Below are positions 1 to 12,764 of a DNA stretch of 33,721 bases, piece by piece. Source of the stretch: Octopus sinensis (Eukaryota); contig NW_021831669.1 in the NCBI RefSeq assembly GCF_006345805.1, positions 1 through 33,721 on the forward strand. The letters are read 5' to 3'. How positions within the stretch are numbered: the first letter of the stretch is position 1; each line of letters begins with the position of its first letter. The notes under the pieces were generated by a model. It was not told where the DNA came from, made no database searches, and saw only the letters and a list, made by a program, of their open reading frames with translations. The translations under genes and the position numbers were made by a program.

Positions 1-122
1 GGTGGTGTGAATTATATTTCATTTACGCCCGTCTGCAGAAATGAAGAAGGCGTTACCATTGTGTGAGTGTGTGAGACTTGTGTTGTTGTATTAGGAAATT
101 TAATTTCGGAAAACGATATAAT

Positions 123-183
123 GATAGAATGATAGAATGATGGAATGATAGAATGATAGAATCATACAACGATGGAATGATGG
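123..183 (+). repeat. (ATGATAGA)n 8-bp tandem repeat
   Basis: About 7 imperfect copies of atgataga/atgatgga. Confidence 0.8.
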
Positions 184-234
184 TCTATTTTTGTTCGTTG
201 TTAATTAAATGATAGGGTGTGACAATTAAATAGA

Positions 235-406
235 TATAACTATACATACATAGATACAAAAACACACACATAGACACACACACACAACATATATATATAT
301 ATATACCACTTATATATACATACGAATGTGTGTGTATATGTACCTATATATGTATATACATATATGTATATATATATCTATAATATATATATATTATATA
401 TATATA

Positions 407-438
<32 letters not shown>

Positions 439-800
439 TATACATATATATAAGATCATAAACACATATATGTATGCATATATACACATAACACAATAAT
501 ATATATCTATGTGTGTGGTGTGTGTGTGTGTTGTATATATATATATATATATTATACACATATATGTATTTACATATGTACATTTGTGTGTATATATGTA
601 CATGTAAATATGTATGTGTACATATGAAAATATATATATGTGTTATGTGTGTGCATTCACACACACATACACACATTCACACACACGCACACAGACACAC
701 ACACACACATATATATATACATAAACATAAATAGATATATACATAAATATATACATATATGCATACACACAAACACAAAAGAGAGAGAGAGGGAGGAGGG
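235..800. repeat. Compound (TA)n/(CA)n/(TG)n microsatellite tract
   Basis: Direct inspection; source of the spurious YIYI/HTHT ORFs. Confidence 0.9.
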
Positions 801-1059
801 GGGAGAAAGTGCAGGGTTTAATTTTCTATAAAGTGAAGAGAAGAACAAAGCCAACATTGGACATTGTGAGTCTGTTTGGTGCAGCGGCAACCTAGCAAAA
901 GAAGAAGAAGAACATTCTGCTGGTTTTATTTATTTATTTATAAAGGATGCCATGCACAGAGGAGCCTGATAAAAGACAAGAGGACGGCAGCAGTATATTT
1001 GAAGAATTTTATATATATACATAATGACACTTTCGGGAAAAGGACAAGAAACGAAGGCA

Positions 1060-1099
1060 TAAATATATAACCACATATATATATGTATATATTATAACC

Positions 1100-1131
<32 letters not shown>

Positions 1132-1132
1132 G

Positions 1133-1193
<61 letters not shown>

Positions 1194-1225
1194 TATATAT
1201 ATAAACATATATAACACACACACAG
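1060..1225. repeat. (TA)n microsatellite
   Basis: Near-perfect TA run. Confidence 0.95.
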
Positions 1226-2042
1226 CATCCATGGAATGACTTGATCTATAGAACACTTGCCTGTGGGTGGTGAAAGTTAAAAGATAAAATATTCTAAGTC
1301 CTTTGAGTGAAATGACATAAAGTTTTTGCTGTTGTTGGTGTTGGTGGTGGTGATGGTGGTGGTAATGGTGGTGGTGGAGGTGGTGGTGGTGCTAGCGGTG
1401 TTTTATCTGTTGTGGCGTTCTGTGGAACTCTCTGCGCGAGTAGTTCGTATGATCAAAGATGTTGCGCGCTTCGTAATGATCTTGTCGTTTCGGATATCAG
1501 GAACAACGATGTCCAAGGGTAAAACCTTTTATTGTTTATTAAAGATAACATGAAAATATCAGGAGGGGAGGGGGTGGATTAAAAACTAAAAAAAAAAGAA
1601 TAAAAAGAAATTTGGTTTCTGCTTCTAACTGATCTAACGATCATGTAGACGTTACTTTATTGTGTTGCGATATGTGAGATGTGTTTATATCTGTGACTTT
1701 GTGGTAACAACTCATAATCAAGGATAGGCTTTCAGCTTCTCACACATTAAGATACAAATGAGCAAATGACATTAAGGATGATATGAAAACAATAAAACAA
1801 AAAAAACATCTGAGTTTTCATAAACCCCTCTCTCTCACTGGTGTGCTCACATGATATATATATATACATATATATATATGTTCACCATATACCTTTTTTA
1901 TTTTCTCTGTTTATTTCTGTGTTCCTTTCTGTTGAAGAGCATTTGCTCGAAATGTAAAGCACTTTCTCACTTCGTGAGCGCTAAACTAATATATCTGTTT
2001 CTTGTTTACACACCTGTCTTCATCTTGTTGTTTTATAAATTT

Positions 2043-2083
<41 letters not shown>

Positions 2084-2482
2084 TTAATCTAAGGTGTACC
2101 TGCTGAAGAAAGCTTCACCTAGCAAATTATTTTATTTGCTAAAAGAAGTCTGCAACCATTGGTCCAGGAGTTAAATGGTAAATGTTTTTACTTTTCACTC
2201 CCTTTGATTTTTATCTCTAATAGTGGTTCAGAATTTAACTGTCCTCTCTAGCATGTAGGTAGTCCTATGACGGCTACCTCTTATGTGTTTAAATGTACAC
2301 TGTATTTCCATATATATATAGATATAGATATAGATATATGTAAATATACACACACGTATATATATACATACACATATACATATATATGACATGCACATAC
2401 ATGCATATCATATATGCAAATAATTGTATATATGTAAGTATATACATATATATATATGTATGTGTATGTTAATATATGTATA

Positions 2483-2664
2483 TGCTGGTGGCAGGTAAAA
2501 AGCACCCACTACACTCATGGAGTGGTTGGCGTTAGGAAGGGCATCCAGCTGTAGAAACACTGCCAGATCAGACTGGGCCTGGTGCAGCCTCTTGGCTTCC
2601 CAGGCCCCAGTCGAACCATCCAACCCATGCTACCATGGAAAGCGGACGTTAAACGGTGATGATG
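2483..2664 (+). mobile_element. 5'-truncated (GAT)n-tailed retroposon (RTE-like tail), one hairpin module
   Basis: ggcaggtaaaaagcacccactacactc...gttaggaagggcatccagctgtagaaac...ccatggaaagcggacgttaaacggtgatgat; the same sequence recurs at 3936, 10650, 12765, 20250 and 26638. Confidence 0.8.
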
Positions 2665-3204
2665 TATGTATATGTATGTATACATATTTGGTATAATTCA
2701 GGTAAAGACCTCATAATGTGCATTTAAGAGCTCCAATATCCATATTTGGTTACTACATGTTATTCTGCTGTATGGTATTTTCCAAGGCTGGATACACATG
2801 TGGAACTTGTCTTTGCACAAGATTAATTACAAGAATAATATAACACAAGGACGGTGGATATCAGCCTTAAATAATAGATCGCAACATTTGTTTCTGCGCT
2901 GCACACCACCTTTATGTTGCTGAATTTATATTCATTTACCATTAGAGAAGATCGTTCTTTACAATTATTATATAAATCTTTAAATCATGAAAATGCTTCA
3001 GCTTCAAAGCTGTGGTCATATTGGGGCATGAATATTTATCAGCCGTGTGTGAGCCCTTCATCAGATGGAATCATGCATTGTCTTGTAGTTTTGATATTTC
3101 AATGATGTGATTGTATATTTTCAGAATGACATTGTAGATTAGGTGTGAGAAACTGGATCCGGCCAGTTTTAATATACAAAATATGTAAGGCATCAAGCTT
3201 AGTG

Positions 3205-3363
3205 GTATTTCATCTGTCTTTACATTCTGAGTTCAAATTCCACTGGGGTTGACTTTACCTTTCAGGGTCAATAAATTAAATACCAGTTGTATACTGGAGT
3301 CAATCTTATCGAGTGACCCCTTCCCCAAAAATTTCAGTCCTTGTGCCTAGGGTAGGAAAGAAT
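3205..3363 (+). mobile_element. Degenerate SINE, type B (gagttcaaattc...gactttgcctttcatcc central domain)
   Basis: Similar to copies at 7213, 13557 and 22561; B-box-like gagttcaaattc; tail cttgtgcctagggtaggaaagaat. Confidence 0.7.
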
Positions 3364-3684
3364 ATGAAAAACATGTAGAATGTCTGGGTCAGATATGGCC
3401 AGATTACATGCCAAATGGTTAACCATTATGACAAAGATCTGGTCTAGAGCAAGACCATCATCGTCGTCATCATCGTCATCGTCATTATCATCACCACCAT
3501 CATCATTATCATTGCAATCACTGTTATAGATCAAAACTTCATGCAGCACGAAGTTTTGTCAGTGAACAGGTTGCGGTCTCAAAGCGAGGAAAATATTTTG
3601 ACAAATTAAATTTAAATGTTGAAGTGAATCTAACGGTTTTTGTGTGTTTCTTAAATGGCTTATAAACACCTTCCATGCTGCAAT

Positions 3685-3715
<31 letters not shown>

Positions 3716-3907
3716 TTGCTTGCTTTAGTTTGGACAAAAGGCCTCATAATACATGTTAAAAAGCTCCTATGGGATTGGTCAGTTACCACATGTTAATAGC
3801 ACCCAGGGATAACACAGGGTATGATCCTGCATGTAGGACCCCTTTCTGCATGGGATTAATATAATAATAATAATGTGGAAGTTGATTGACAATCTGTGAT
3901 GATCTCA

Positions 3908-3935
<28 letters not shown>

Positions 3936-3938
<3 letters not shown>

Positions 3939-4406
3939 ACACTTGTGAAGACCTGTTGAGGCAGTGAAAATCAAAACAAATCAAAATAGATGAACATCAA
4001 TGGAATTTGTATCTTTGTGGTACCAGTGCCGGTGGCACACAAGAAAACCATCCGAACGTGGCCGTAGCCAGTACCGCATCGACTGGCCTCCGTGCTGTGG
4101 GCACGTAACAAACACCATCTGATCATGGCCGTTCGCCAGGCTCATCTGGCACCTGTGTCGGTGACACATAAAAACACCATCCGAGCGTGGCCGTTCGCCA
4201 GCCTCGTCTGGCACCTGTGTCGGTGGCACATAAAATCACCCACTACACTCTCGGAGTGGTTGGCGTTAGGAAGGGCATCCAGCTGTAGAAGAAACACGCT
4301 GCCAGATCTGACTGGCCTGGTGCAGCCTTCGGGCTCCCCAGACCCCAGTTGAACCGTCCAACCCATGCTAGCATGAAAGCGGACATTAAATGATGATGAT
4401 GATGAT
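3936..4406 (+). mobile_element. (GAT)n-tailed retroposon with 4 tandem hairpin modules
   Basis: Repeated gtgccggtggcac-ataaaaacacc modules, then the shared ggaagggcatccagctgtag body and a (tga)n tail. Confidence 0.85.
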
Positions 4407-4421
4407 ATATTATACATACAT

Positions 4422-4461
<40 letters not shown>

Positions 4462-4510
4462 CATAAATTATATATATATATATATTATATATATATATAC
4501 ATTACATACC

Positions 4511-4541
<31 letters not shown>

Positions 4542-4555
4542 AATTATATATATGA

Positions 4556-4925
4556 GGCATAGGAGTGGCTGTGTAGTAAGTAGCTTGCTTACAAACCACA
4601 AACCACATGGTTCTGGGTTCAGTCCCACTGTGTGGCACCTTGGGCAAGTGTCTTTTACTATAGGCACGTGAGTGGATTTGATAGACAGAAACTGAAAGAA
4701 GCCTGTCATATATATGTATATGTATGTATGTGTGTGTGTATATGTTTGTGTGTCTGTGTTTGTCCCTCCAACATCGCTTGACAACCGATGCTGGTGTGTT
4801 TACATCCCCATAACTTAGCGGTTCGGCAAAATAGAATGATAGAATAAGTCCTGGGGTCAATTTGCTCGACTAAAGGAGGTGCTCCAGCATGGCAACAATC
4901 AAATGACTGAAACAAGTAAAAGAGT
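4556..4925 (+). mobile_element. Full-length tRNA-derived CORE-like SINE, type A (octopus OR-like)
   Basis: A-box-like gtggctgtgtagtaag, B-box-like gggttcagtccc, CORE-like caccttgggcaagtgtc, internal (TG)n, tail gctccagcatgg...gactgaaacaagtaaaagag. Confidence 0.85.
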
Positions 4926-5007
4926 ATATATACATACATACAAATATATACACACACACACATGCAATCACATGTGCACATGCGCTCATGCACACACATG
5001 TATACAA

Positions 5008-5170
5008 CAGGCTTGTTTTTGTTTCTGTCTACCAAATCTACTCACAAGAGTTTTGTCAGCCGAATGCTATAATAGAAGACACTCGCCCAAGGTGGCACGC
5101 AGTGGGACTGAACCTGAAACCACATGGTTTGAAAGCAACCTTCATACTACACAGCCACATCTGCACCTAT
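5008..5170 (-). mobile_element. 5' half of type A SINE, inverted relative to the 4556 copy
   Basis: Reverse complement of the head/CORE region (gaagacactcgcccaaggtggcacgcagtgggactgaacc). Confidence 0.8.
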
Positions 5171-5761
5171 GTATATGTGTACATGTGCATATGTGTGAGT
5201 GTAATCAAAAATATGCACTCAATCCCTATACACACATAAAACAGGCATACACACATATGTATGTATATTTAGATCAGTGTAGTTTGTGTACAAAATACAA
5301 ACTGTCTATTCCGACTTACATCTTCATATTATATATACATAGATATTTGTATATGTATATATACATACATATATATATATAATATATATATTATATATAT
5401 ATATATATACACATATATAAATTATATGTATACATATAATACATATATATAAACATATATATAAATTTATGCACACACACACATGCATATATATATACAT
5501 ATATAGACACACACGTGTGCTTATGTATATATGTGTGTGTTATAATCCTATTCGAAGTCTTTTGTTTTAATGCTGCTGATTCTCTTTAGATAAAAATATT
5601 CCTCCTTTACTGGATGTTGTATATCTTCTTAATATTAGGAATAATGAGATAGTTATCGAAAACACTAAGTTTTTAAGATGAGAAATTATTAAAGGAAAAT
5701 ACATACATTTCTATTTTGAATTATCGAAATCAAAAATTTTACTACATTTTCTTTTTTTATT

Positions 5762-5795
<34 letters not shown>

Positions 5796-5867
5796 TTATT
5801 TAATTTTTTTGTTTGTTTTCTTATTTATAAAGATTGAAATCACACAATGCAAAGTCTTCAAGAGACA

Positions 5868-5870
<3 letters not shown>

Positions 5871-5917
<47 letters not shown>

Positions 5918-5995
5918 GACAGACAGAGTGAATAAGGGAAAGATAACGAGAAGGAACAGGAACAAGGGGAAAGACGAGAGAGAAAAAGGGGACAG
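5871..5995 (+). repeat. (GA)n polypurine tract
   Basis: Perfect GA run followed by purine-rich sequence. Confidence 0.85.
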
Positions 5996-6379
5996 ATAAC
6001 ATGTATTTCTCCTAATCATTAGAGCATATTTTCAGTATAACGAGGAAGATCTTAATGCAAATCAGATAATTATATTCATAAGTTAATCACTGCAGAAATA
6101 GCTGTATCTCTAAGATATATACATATAAGCATCTTCCTTTTTCCCTGTAACTGAAGTATGATAAGAGCGTATAAAACCGGTTGATTTAAGCTTCTAAATT
6201 GTATCGGGAAGAGGTGTGTGTGTGTGTGTGTGTGTGTGTTGTTTGTTCTTTTTTGTTATGCTTTATCCTATTTATTTATTTTTGTTTTATTATATCTTTG
6301 TTTTTTTTTTCCTTTCTAATTTCTCTTGTTTCCGTTGTGAGCTTGTGTAAATGTTATGAGCATTTTTATATGACCATGA

Positions 6380-6594
6380 TAATGATAATGATGATGATGA
6401 TGGTGATGACAACGACGATGACGGTAACGATAATAATAATAATAAGAACATGATGATGAGGATAATAATAATAATAATAATAATGATGATAATAATAATA
6501 ATAATGATGATGATGATGATATTAATATCAATAATAATGATAGTAAAGATAATGATGATAATAATAATGATCATGATAATTATAATAATAAAAC

Positions 6595-6648
<54 letters not shown>

Positions 6649-6715
6649 TAATATTACACAAGATGATGACAATAATAATAAGAATAAGCACTAATACTAC
6701 TAATAACAATAAGAT

Positions 6716-6752
<37 letters not shown>

Positions 6753-6842
6753 ATAATTATAATAATAATTAACATTAATACTACTACTAATAATATTATG
6801 CTGTTGATGATGATGATGATGATGATGATAATAATAACAACG

Positions 6843-6882
<40 letters not shown>

Positions 6883-6960
6883 TAATAATAATAATGATAA
6901 TAATAAAAATAATAATAATAATAATGATAATAATAAAAATAATAATAATGATATCGATAA
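6380..6960 (+). repeat. Long compound (ATA)n/(ATG)n trinucleotide repeat
   Basis: About 580 bp of aat/gat triplets; produces the poly-Ile/Met ORFs. Confidence 0.95.
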
Positions 6961-7212
6961 AGTAATGGTGTTAGGTAATGTATGTTCTGGTAAATTTTCA
7001 CTATCGTTTCATTCCATAATAGGTAAATTAAGATAGATGCCGAGATACAAGCCGGTGGTGGCTATGGTAATGGCAGCACCAATATCAAAATATCTTTAAC
7101 TAAGAGCTGTGGTGTTGGTGAGAGAAAAAGAAGCAGAGAACAAAAAAATTAATTAATTAAAATGGAAATCAAAAGGATAAATAAAATAAAACTAGAAATA
7201 AAATTATTAAAA

Positions 7213-7826
7213 TATTCTTTTCTACTCTAGGCACAAGGCCCGAAGTTTGTGGGGAGTGGGGGTGGGGTGGCAGTTGATTAGATTGACCCCAGTATGCAAC
7301 TGGTATTTAATTTATGGACCCCATCCCCCACACCTGCCCCCGAGAGGATGAAAGGCAAAGTTGACCATGGCAGAATTTGAACTCAGAACATAAAGACAAA
7401 CGAAATACCTATTTCTTTACTATCCACAAAGGGCTAAACACAGAGAGGACAAACAAAGACAGACAAATGGATTAAGTCGATTATATCAACCCCAGTGCGT
7501 AACTGGTACTTATTTAATCGACCCCGAAAGGATGAAAAGCAAAGTCGACCTCGGCGGAATTTGAACTCAGAATGTAAAGACAAATGAAATACCTATTTCT
7601 TTACTACCCACAAGGGGCTAAACACAGAGAGGACAAACAAGGACAGACAAACGGATTAAGTTGATTATATCAACCCCAGTGCGTAACTGGTACTTATTTA
7701 ATCGACCCCGAAAGGATGAAAGACAAAGTCGACCTTGGCGGAATTTGAACTCAGAATGTAGCAGCAGATGAAATACCACTAAGCATTTCACCTGGCATGC
7801 TAATGTTTCTGCCAGCTCACCGTCTT
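7213..7826 (-). mobile_element. Head-to-tail tandem array of three type B SINE units
   Basis: aaagacaaa(c/t)gaaatacctatttctttac recurs at 7392 and 7576 (period 184); the 5' head gccagctcaccgtc is present only once, near 7811-7824. Confidence 0.85.
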
Positions 7827-8179
7827 AAAATAAAAACACAAAAAACTTAAAATGAAAGAGAAAAAAATACTAAAACTCAGTTGAAGTTGTGTTTACATAT
7901 AACAAGGAATGTTTGGGGACACACTATTTGTTGTTATTGTTGTTGTTGCTGTGGTGGTGGTGGTTTTAGCCCTAGGCTAGTCATGACTGAACAGGCATTT
8001 GAATAAAGGTAGCATCTTTTTGTAGTTTCAGTCACTGGGCTGTGGCCATGCTGTGGCACTGCCTTAACCCTTTACTATTCAGATTTCTGTGTCAAATATT
8101 TCATAAACTACAAAATTTAAACATCCACACTACCACACCTGAAACTTACCTGTTATAACCCTTTATCTCAATCTGAATA

Positions 8180-8571
8180 CTCTTTTACTCTTTTACTTGT
8201 TTCAGTCATTTGACTGCGGCCATGCTGGAGCACCGCCTTTAGTCGAGCAAATCAACCACAGGACTTATTCTTTAGAAGCCTAGTACTTATTCTATGGGTC
8301 TCTTTTGCTGAACCGCAAAGTTACGGGGAAGTAAACACACCAGCATCGGTTACAAGCGATGTTGGGGGGGACAAACACAGACACACAAACATATGCACAC
8401 ACATACGATGGGCTTCTTTCAGTTTCCATCTATCAAATCCACTCACAAGGCTTTGGTCGGCCCAAAGCTATAGTAGAAGACACTTGCCCAAGGTGCCATG
8501 CAGTGGGAATTAACCCAGAACCATGTGGTTGGTAAGCAAACTACTTACCACACAGCCACTCCAGCACCTAT
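8180..8571 (-). mobile_element. Full-length type A CORE-like SINE
   Basis: Reverse complement of the 4556 family from the (tcttttac)n tail to the cacagccactcc head. Confidence 0.88.
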
Positions 8572-8938
8572 GTACGTAAAAGCATTTAGAATGCCCGAAC
8601 GTATTTCTGAAAATGTGCTAAACACTAATGCTGATCATAGTTTAATCAATAAGCATAAGAGCAAGGTAAATGCAGTAAAAATAAGGGGTCACTGGGGTGC
8701 CATTTAAGCGGCCCTTCAGAAATTGAACCTCTTCACGATGCTCCCTGGGAGTTCATGGTATGAAATTCATTGTCATCTGTCGTCAATGCCATGCATTTAG
8801 TTTAGAATGTAGTAAAAACAGGTGCGGTGTCAGTGGGGCCCCAATTAGGTGGCCCTTAAAAAACTAGACTCTCTTCGGACATTCCTTGGGATTAGGGGAG
8901 TTATCGGTTTGAGTTTGCACCAACAGTCTAGGAGGAGT

Positions 8939-9358
8939 TACTCTTTTACTCTTTTACTTATTTCAGTCATTTGACTGAGGCCATGCTGGAGCACCGTCTT
9001 TTGGTCGAGCAAATCGACCCCAGGACTTATTCTTTGTAAGCCTAATACTGATTCTATCGGTCTCTTTGCCAACCCACTAAGTTACAGGGATGTAAAAATA
9101 CCAGCATCGGTTGTCAAACGATTTTGTGGGGACAAATACAAACACACAAACATACATACACACACACACACACATATATATATACAGATATATGACGGAC
9201 TTCTTTCAGTTTCCTTCTACCAAATCCACTCACAAGGCTCTGGTCAGCCCGAGGCTATAGTACAAGACACTTGCCCAAGGTGCCACACAGTGGGACTGAA
9301 CACAGAACCATGTGGGTAGTAAGCAAGCTACTTACCACACAGCCACTCCTACGCCTAT
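8939..9358 (-). mobile_element. Full-length type A CORE-like SINE
   Basis: Same structure as 8180-8571. Confidence 0.88.
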
Positions 9359-10649
9359 ATAAAATTTTTAGTAATGACCCCTTAATACAAGACATGAGTA
9401 GGATTGAACACCACCCAGGCTGTTTGTCATTGCCAACATACGTCTTTACCCACAAGACCACCGAGGCAACAACATATAAATGTAATGGATAGAGAAACAT
9501 CACGCAGTTTTATAATGGGATTGATATGAATCAGTCATGTGTCACCTTGTATCTTTGAGGTTTCAGTGACATGAGTGTTTATCTTTAGAATGATATTGCT
9601 GGGTATGTTTGAGAGGCCAGATCTGGTCAGTTTAAATGGTAAAGGGTTAAAGGACTTCAGTCAAACAAATTGACACCAGGACTTTATGTGTATATGTGTG
9701 TATGTAGTTGTGTATGCATTTATGTATGAATAGATGTATGTGCATGAGTATGTATGTGTATGAGTGTATGCATGTATGTATGGATGTGCATATAGAGCTA
9801 TGTATGAACACATATATGTCTATATATGTGTGGGCATATATATATGTATGTATATACATATTATGTATGTTAGTATGTGTATGTGCATGCATGTGTGTAT
9901 GTATATTTAAAAATTAGATATAGAATCTACTACTAGCCTTAATAAACATCTCATCAAAGAACAATGAAGCAAAATAAGGACTTTTCATACAATCGGTAAG
10001 CAAAAAAGCAAACAGGACAAAGACAATCAGTGAAGACATAAATGAGAACATAAATAGATTAAGCATAACTGAAGTGGGTATCTCATCAGCTGCCAATCAG
10101 ATATAATGTGGTTTTAACACATTAACGCAGGATCACTGTTTCCATAGTTATTAAAGAGCATCAGAAGATATATTTCAATGCTGATTAGGAGTATATAAAT
10201 GTAAACATTTATACAAAATTCAACTGTATAAATTTTAAGTGCCAACAAATAAAATAAAAGTGAACTAATTATATATAAATCAGCCTATGTAACTTAAATA
10301 ATAATATATAAACTATTAACAAAAGGAAATAAATAAAATGAATAAAAATAATTATAATAATGATACTAACAAAAATGAAATTAAAATAAGATAAGACCAT
10401 TATATATATATATAACCTTGAACCAACATTTTATTGCTATCAGCTACATAAAAGCAGTGGCACAACTGACAACTGAGGTTGTGATGACCAGAAACTGACT
10501 GCATTTTAGGATCTTTTTGTTTTTCATGAGTTTAGCTTCTAGAAGGAAGTTCTAACCAAGAACTAGGGGTCTTCACTCTTAGTGGTTAACATACTAGTTA
10601 ACCCATAGCTAGGAGACTAACAGATACAATTTAAAGTCATACACAAAAC

Positions 10650-11053
10650 AATGGCACTTGAGCCCCATGCTAGTAGGGTGCTAAGGGCACCATCCGAGTG
10701 TGATTATTGCCAGAGTGGCCAACTGGCCTCTGTGCTGGTGGCACGTAAAAGGCACCATTCGAGCGTGATCGTTACCAGCATTGCCTTACTAGCACCTGTG
10801 CTGGTGGCATGTGTAAAAAGATTCGAACGAGGTCGTTGCCAGTACTGCCTGACTTGCCCATGCCGGTGGCACATAAAAGCACCCACTAAACTCTCGGAGT
10901 GGTTGGCGTTAGGAAGGGCATCCAGCTGTAGAAATTCTGCCAGATCAAGATTGAAGCCTGGTGCAGCCATCTGGTTCACCAGTCCTCAGTCAAATCGTCC
11001 AACCCATGCTAGCATGGAAAGCAGACGTTAAACGATGATGATGATAATGATGA
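10650..11053 (+). mobile_element. (GAT)n-tailed retroposon with tandem hairpin modules
   Basis: Colinear with 20250-20647; ends catggaaagcagacgttaaacgatgatg. Confidence 0.85.
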
Positions 11054-11464
11054 CTAACATACACATATCCTTATCATCATCATCACCAGCACCATTTTCA
11101 ACATCCACTTTTCCATGCCTACATGGGTCAGGTAGAATCCCAAATCATATGAAACCAAAAGCAAACTTCTTACCACACCTATAGGCGTGTGTGTATGTGT
11201 GTATATATATATATACATATATTATATTCATATTTTATATATGTATATATATGTATGTATACATGCACGTATGTGCGTGTTTGTGCATCCTTTGTGAATA
11301 AATACATGACTGCTAGTCACATAGAGTGCTCTGATATTTAAGAAAACAAACCAGAGGTAAAAAGCCAACTCCCTCTGCATGTTCTTACAAACAAACTGAA
11401 ACTTGTTGTACACAAAATTTCCATCATGACACCCAATTTTTGTCTTTTATGTATAAGCAAATAG

Positions 11465-11765
11465 TATTTAAGTGCTTCCGGTTCTTGCCGATATCTTCTG
11501 AAACACTGATAATGGAGCCTCCATCCAAGAATTAGATTAACTTTCGCGATGGCGCTAATAATAGGTTTATCTTTATTTTCCCATCAAGAATTTCCACAAC
11601 CTCGATAAGTATTTGAATATAAAAGTCGTTAATGTCTCGACTGTCCACTTTGAAAATGTTTATCATAATGTATAAATACAGATGTTGATCTGGGGACTTC
11701 CGGTCCACAGTGACCTTTGACAGAATCTTACCAACGAGGGCATTATTAATTAATTTCACTTGATT
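11465..11765. promoter_or_regulatory. Candidate enhancer (unique, CpG-retaining, motif-dense)
   Basis: GATA-like motifs at 11507, 11567, 11603 and 11660; ETS GCTTCCGG 11474 and ACTTCCGG 11696; kB-like GGGGACTTCC 11692; TGACCTTTGA 11711. Motif matches only. Confidence 0.3.
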
Positions 11766-12061
11766 TATGTTTGTTGGTGTGATATAATTATGATTTTCAT
11801 TTTTTGGGGTTTATTCTTTCATGTCAGTTTCTTTATTTTTTTTTAATTACCATTTACTTCTGTATTTAATTTTTTTTTTTCTCGATGTATATCGGATTCG
11901 TTAGTGTTTTTGTAGATGTTATTTAATGATTGAGAAGGGGGTGTTTTTTGATGTCTCTTCTGAGGGGTGTTGCTTATCGTTTGCTTTTATGATGATGCAT
12001 TGTTTTGTTATATTGTTCATTTATTCATTTGTAATTATTATTATTACTTTTTTAATTTTTA

Positions 12062-12365
12062 CGTAGGCGTGGTCATGCAGTAGAGCACTTGCTTCTCAAC
12101 CACATGGTTCCAAGTTCATTCCCAACGTGTGGCACTTCAGACAAGTGTCTTCTACTACCATCTCAGGCTGACCAAAAGCCTTGTGAGTGGATTTGGAAGA
12201 TGGAAGCTGAAAGGTACTAAGTAACTTGCTTACCAACCACATGGTTCCAGGTTCATTTCCACTGCATGGCACCTTGGGCAAGTGTCTTCTACTATAGCCT
12301 CGGGCCGACCAAATCCTTGCGAGTGGATTTTGTAGATAGAAACTGAAAGAAGCCTGTCGTATATT

Positions 12366-12435
<70 letters not shown>

Positions 12436-12620
12436 TGTGTGTGTGTGTTATGTTTGTGTGTCTGTGTTTGTCTTCATAACTTAGCGGTTCGGCAAAAGAG
12501 AGCGATAGAATAAGTACTAGGCTTACAAAGAATAAATCCTGGGGCCGATTTGCTTGACTAAAGGCGGTGCACCAGCATGGCCACAGTCAAATGAGTGAAG
12601 CAAGTAAAAGAGTAAAAGAG
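12062..12620 (+). mobile_element. Type A SINE with duplicated head (partial copy fused to a near full-length copy)
   Basis: The head/CORE occurs twice (about 12062-12210 and 12215-12360), followed by a long (TG)n and the tail gagtgaagcaagtaaaagag. Confidence 0.85.
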
Positions 12621-12764
12621 AATGAGATAAAAATCCAATGAGTAGGCTTGGCTGTTGTGGTCAGACATTTGCATCTTAACCATGTGGTTTCAGGGTCAAT
12701 CCCACTGCAAGTGCCTTCAACTATAACCTGGGTTGACCAAAGCCTTGTGAATGGGTTTGTTAGA

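Noticed and set aside
39-62. 24-nt plus-strand microexon candidate (ctgcag|...|gtgagt)
   Set aside because: It is on the opposite strand to the only supported gene, has no partner exons, and such site pairs occur by chance.
3020-3075. Minus-strand CTGATGAAGGGCT...GATAAA, a second possible hammerhead relic
   Set aside because: Stem II relies on wobble pairs and stem I is only 3 bp, which is too weak to call.
4021-4245. Repeat-spacer arrangement resembling a CRISPR array
   Set aside because: The spacers are homologous to each other, the array is part of a dispersed eukaryotic retroposon, and no cas genes are present.
8140-8155. Strong minus-strand donor CAG|GTAAGT
   Set aside because: Upstream sequence is about 30 nt of repeat-like DNA abutting a SINE, with no acceptor or meaningful frame.
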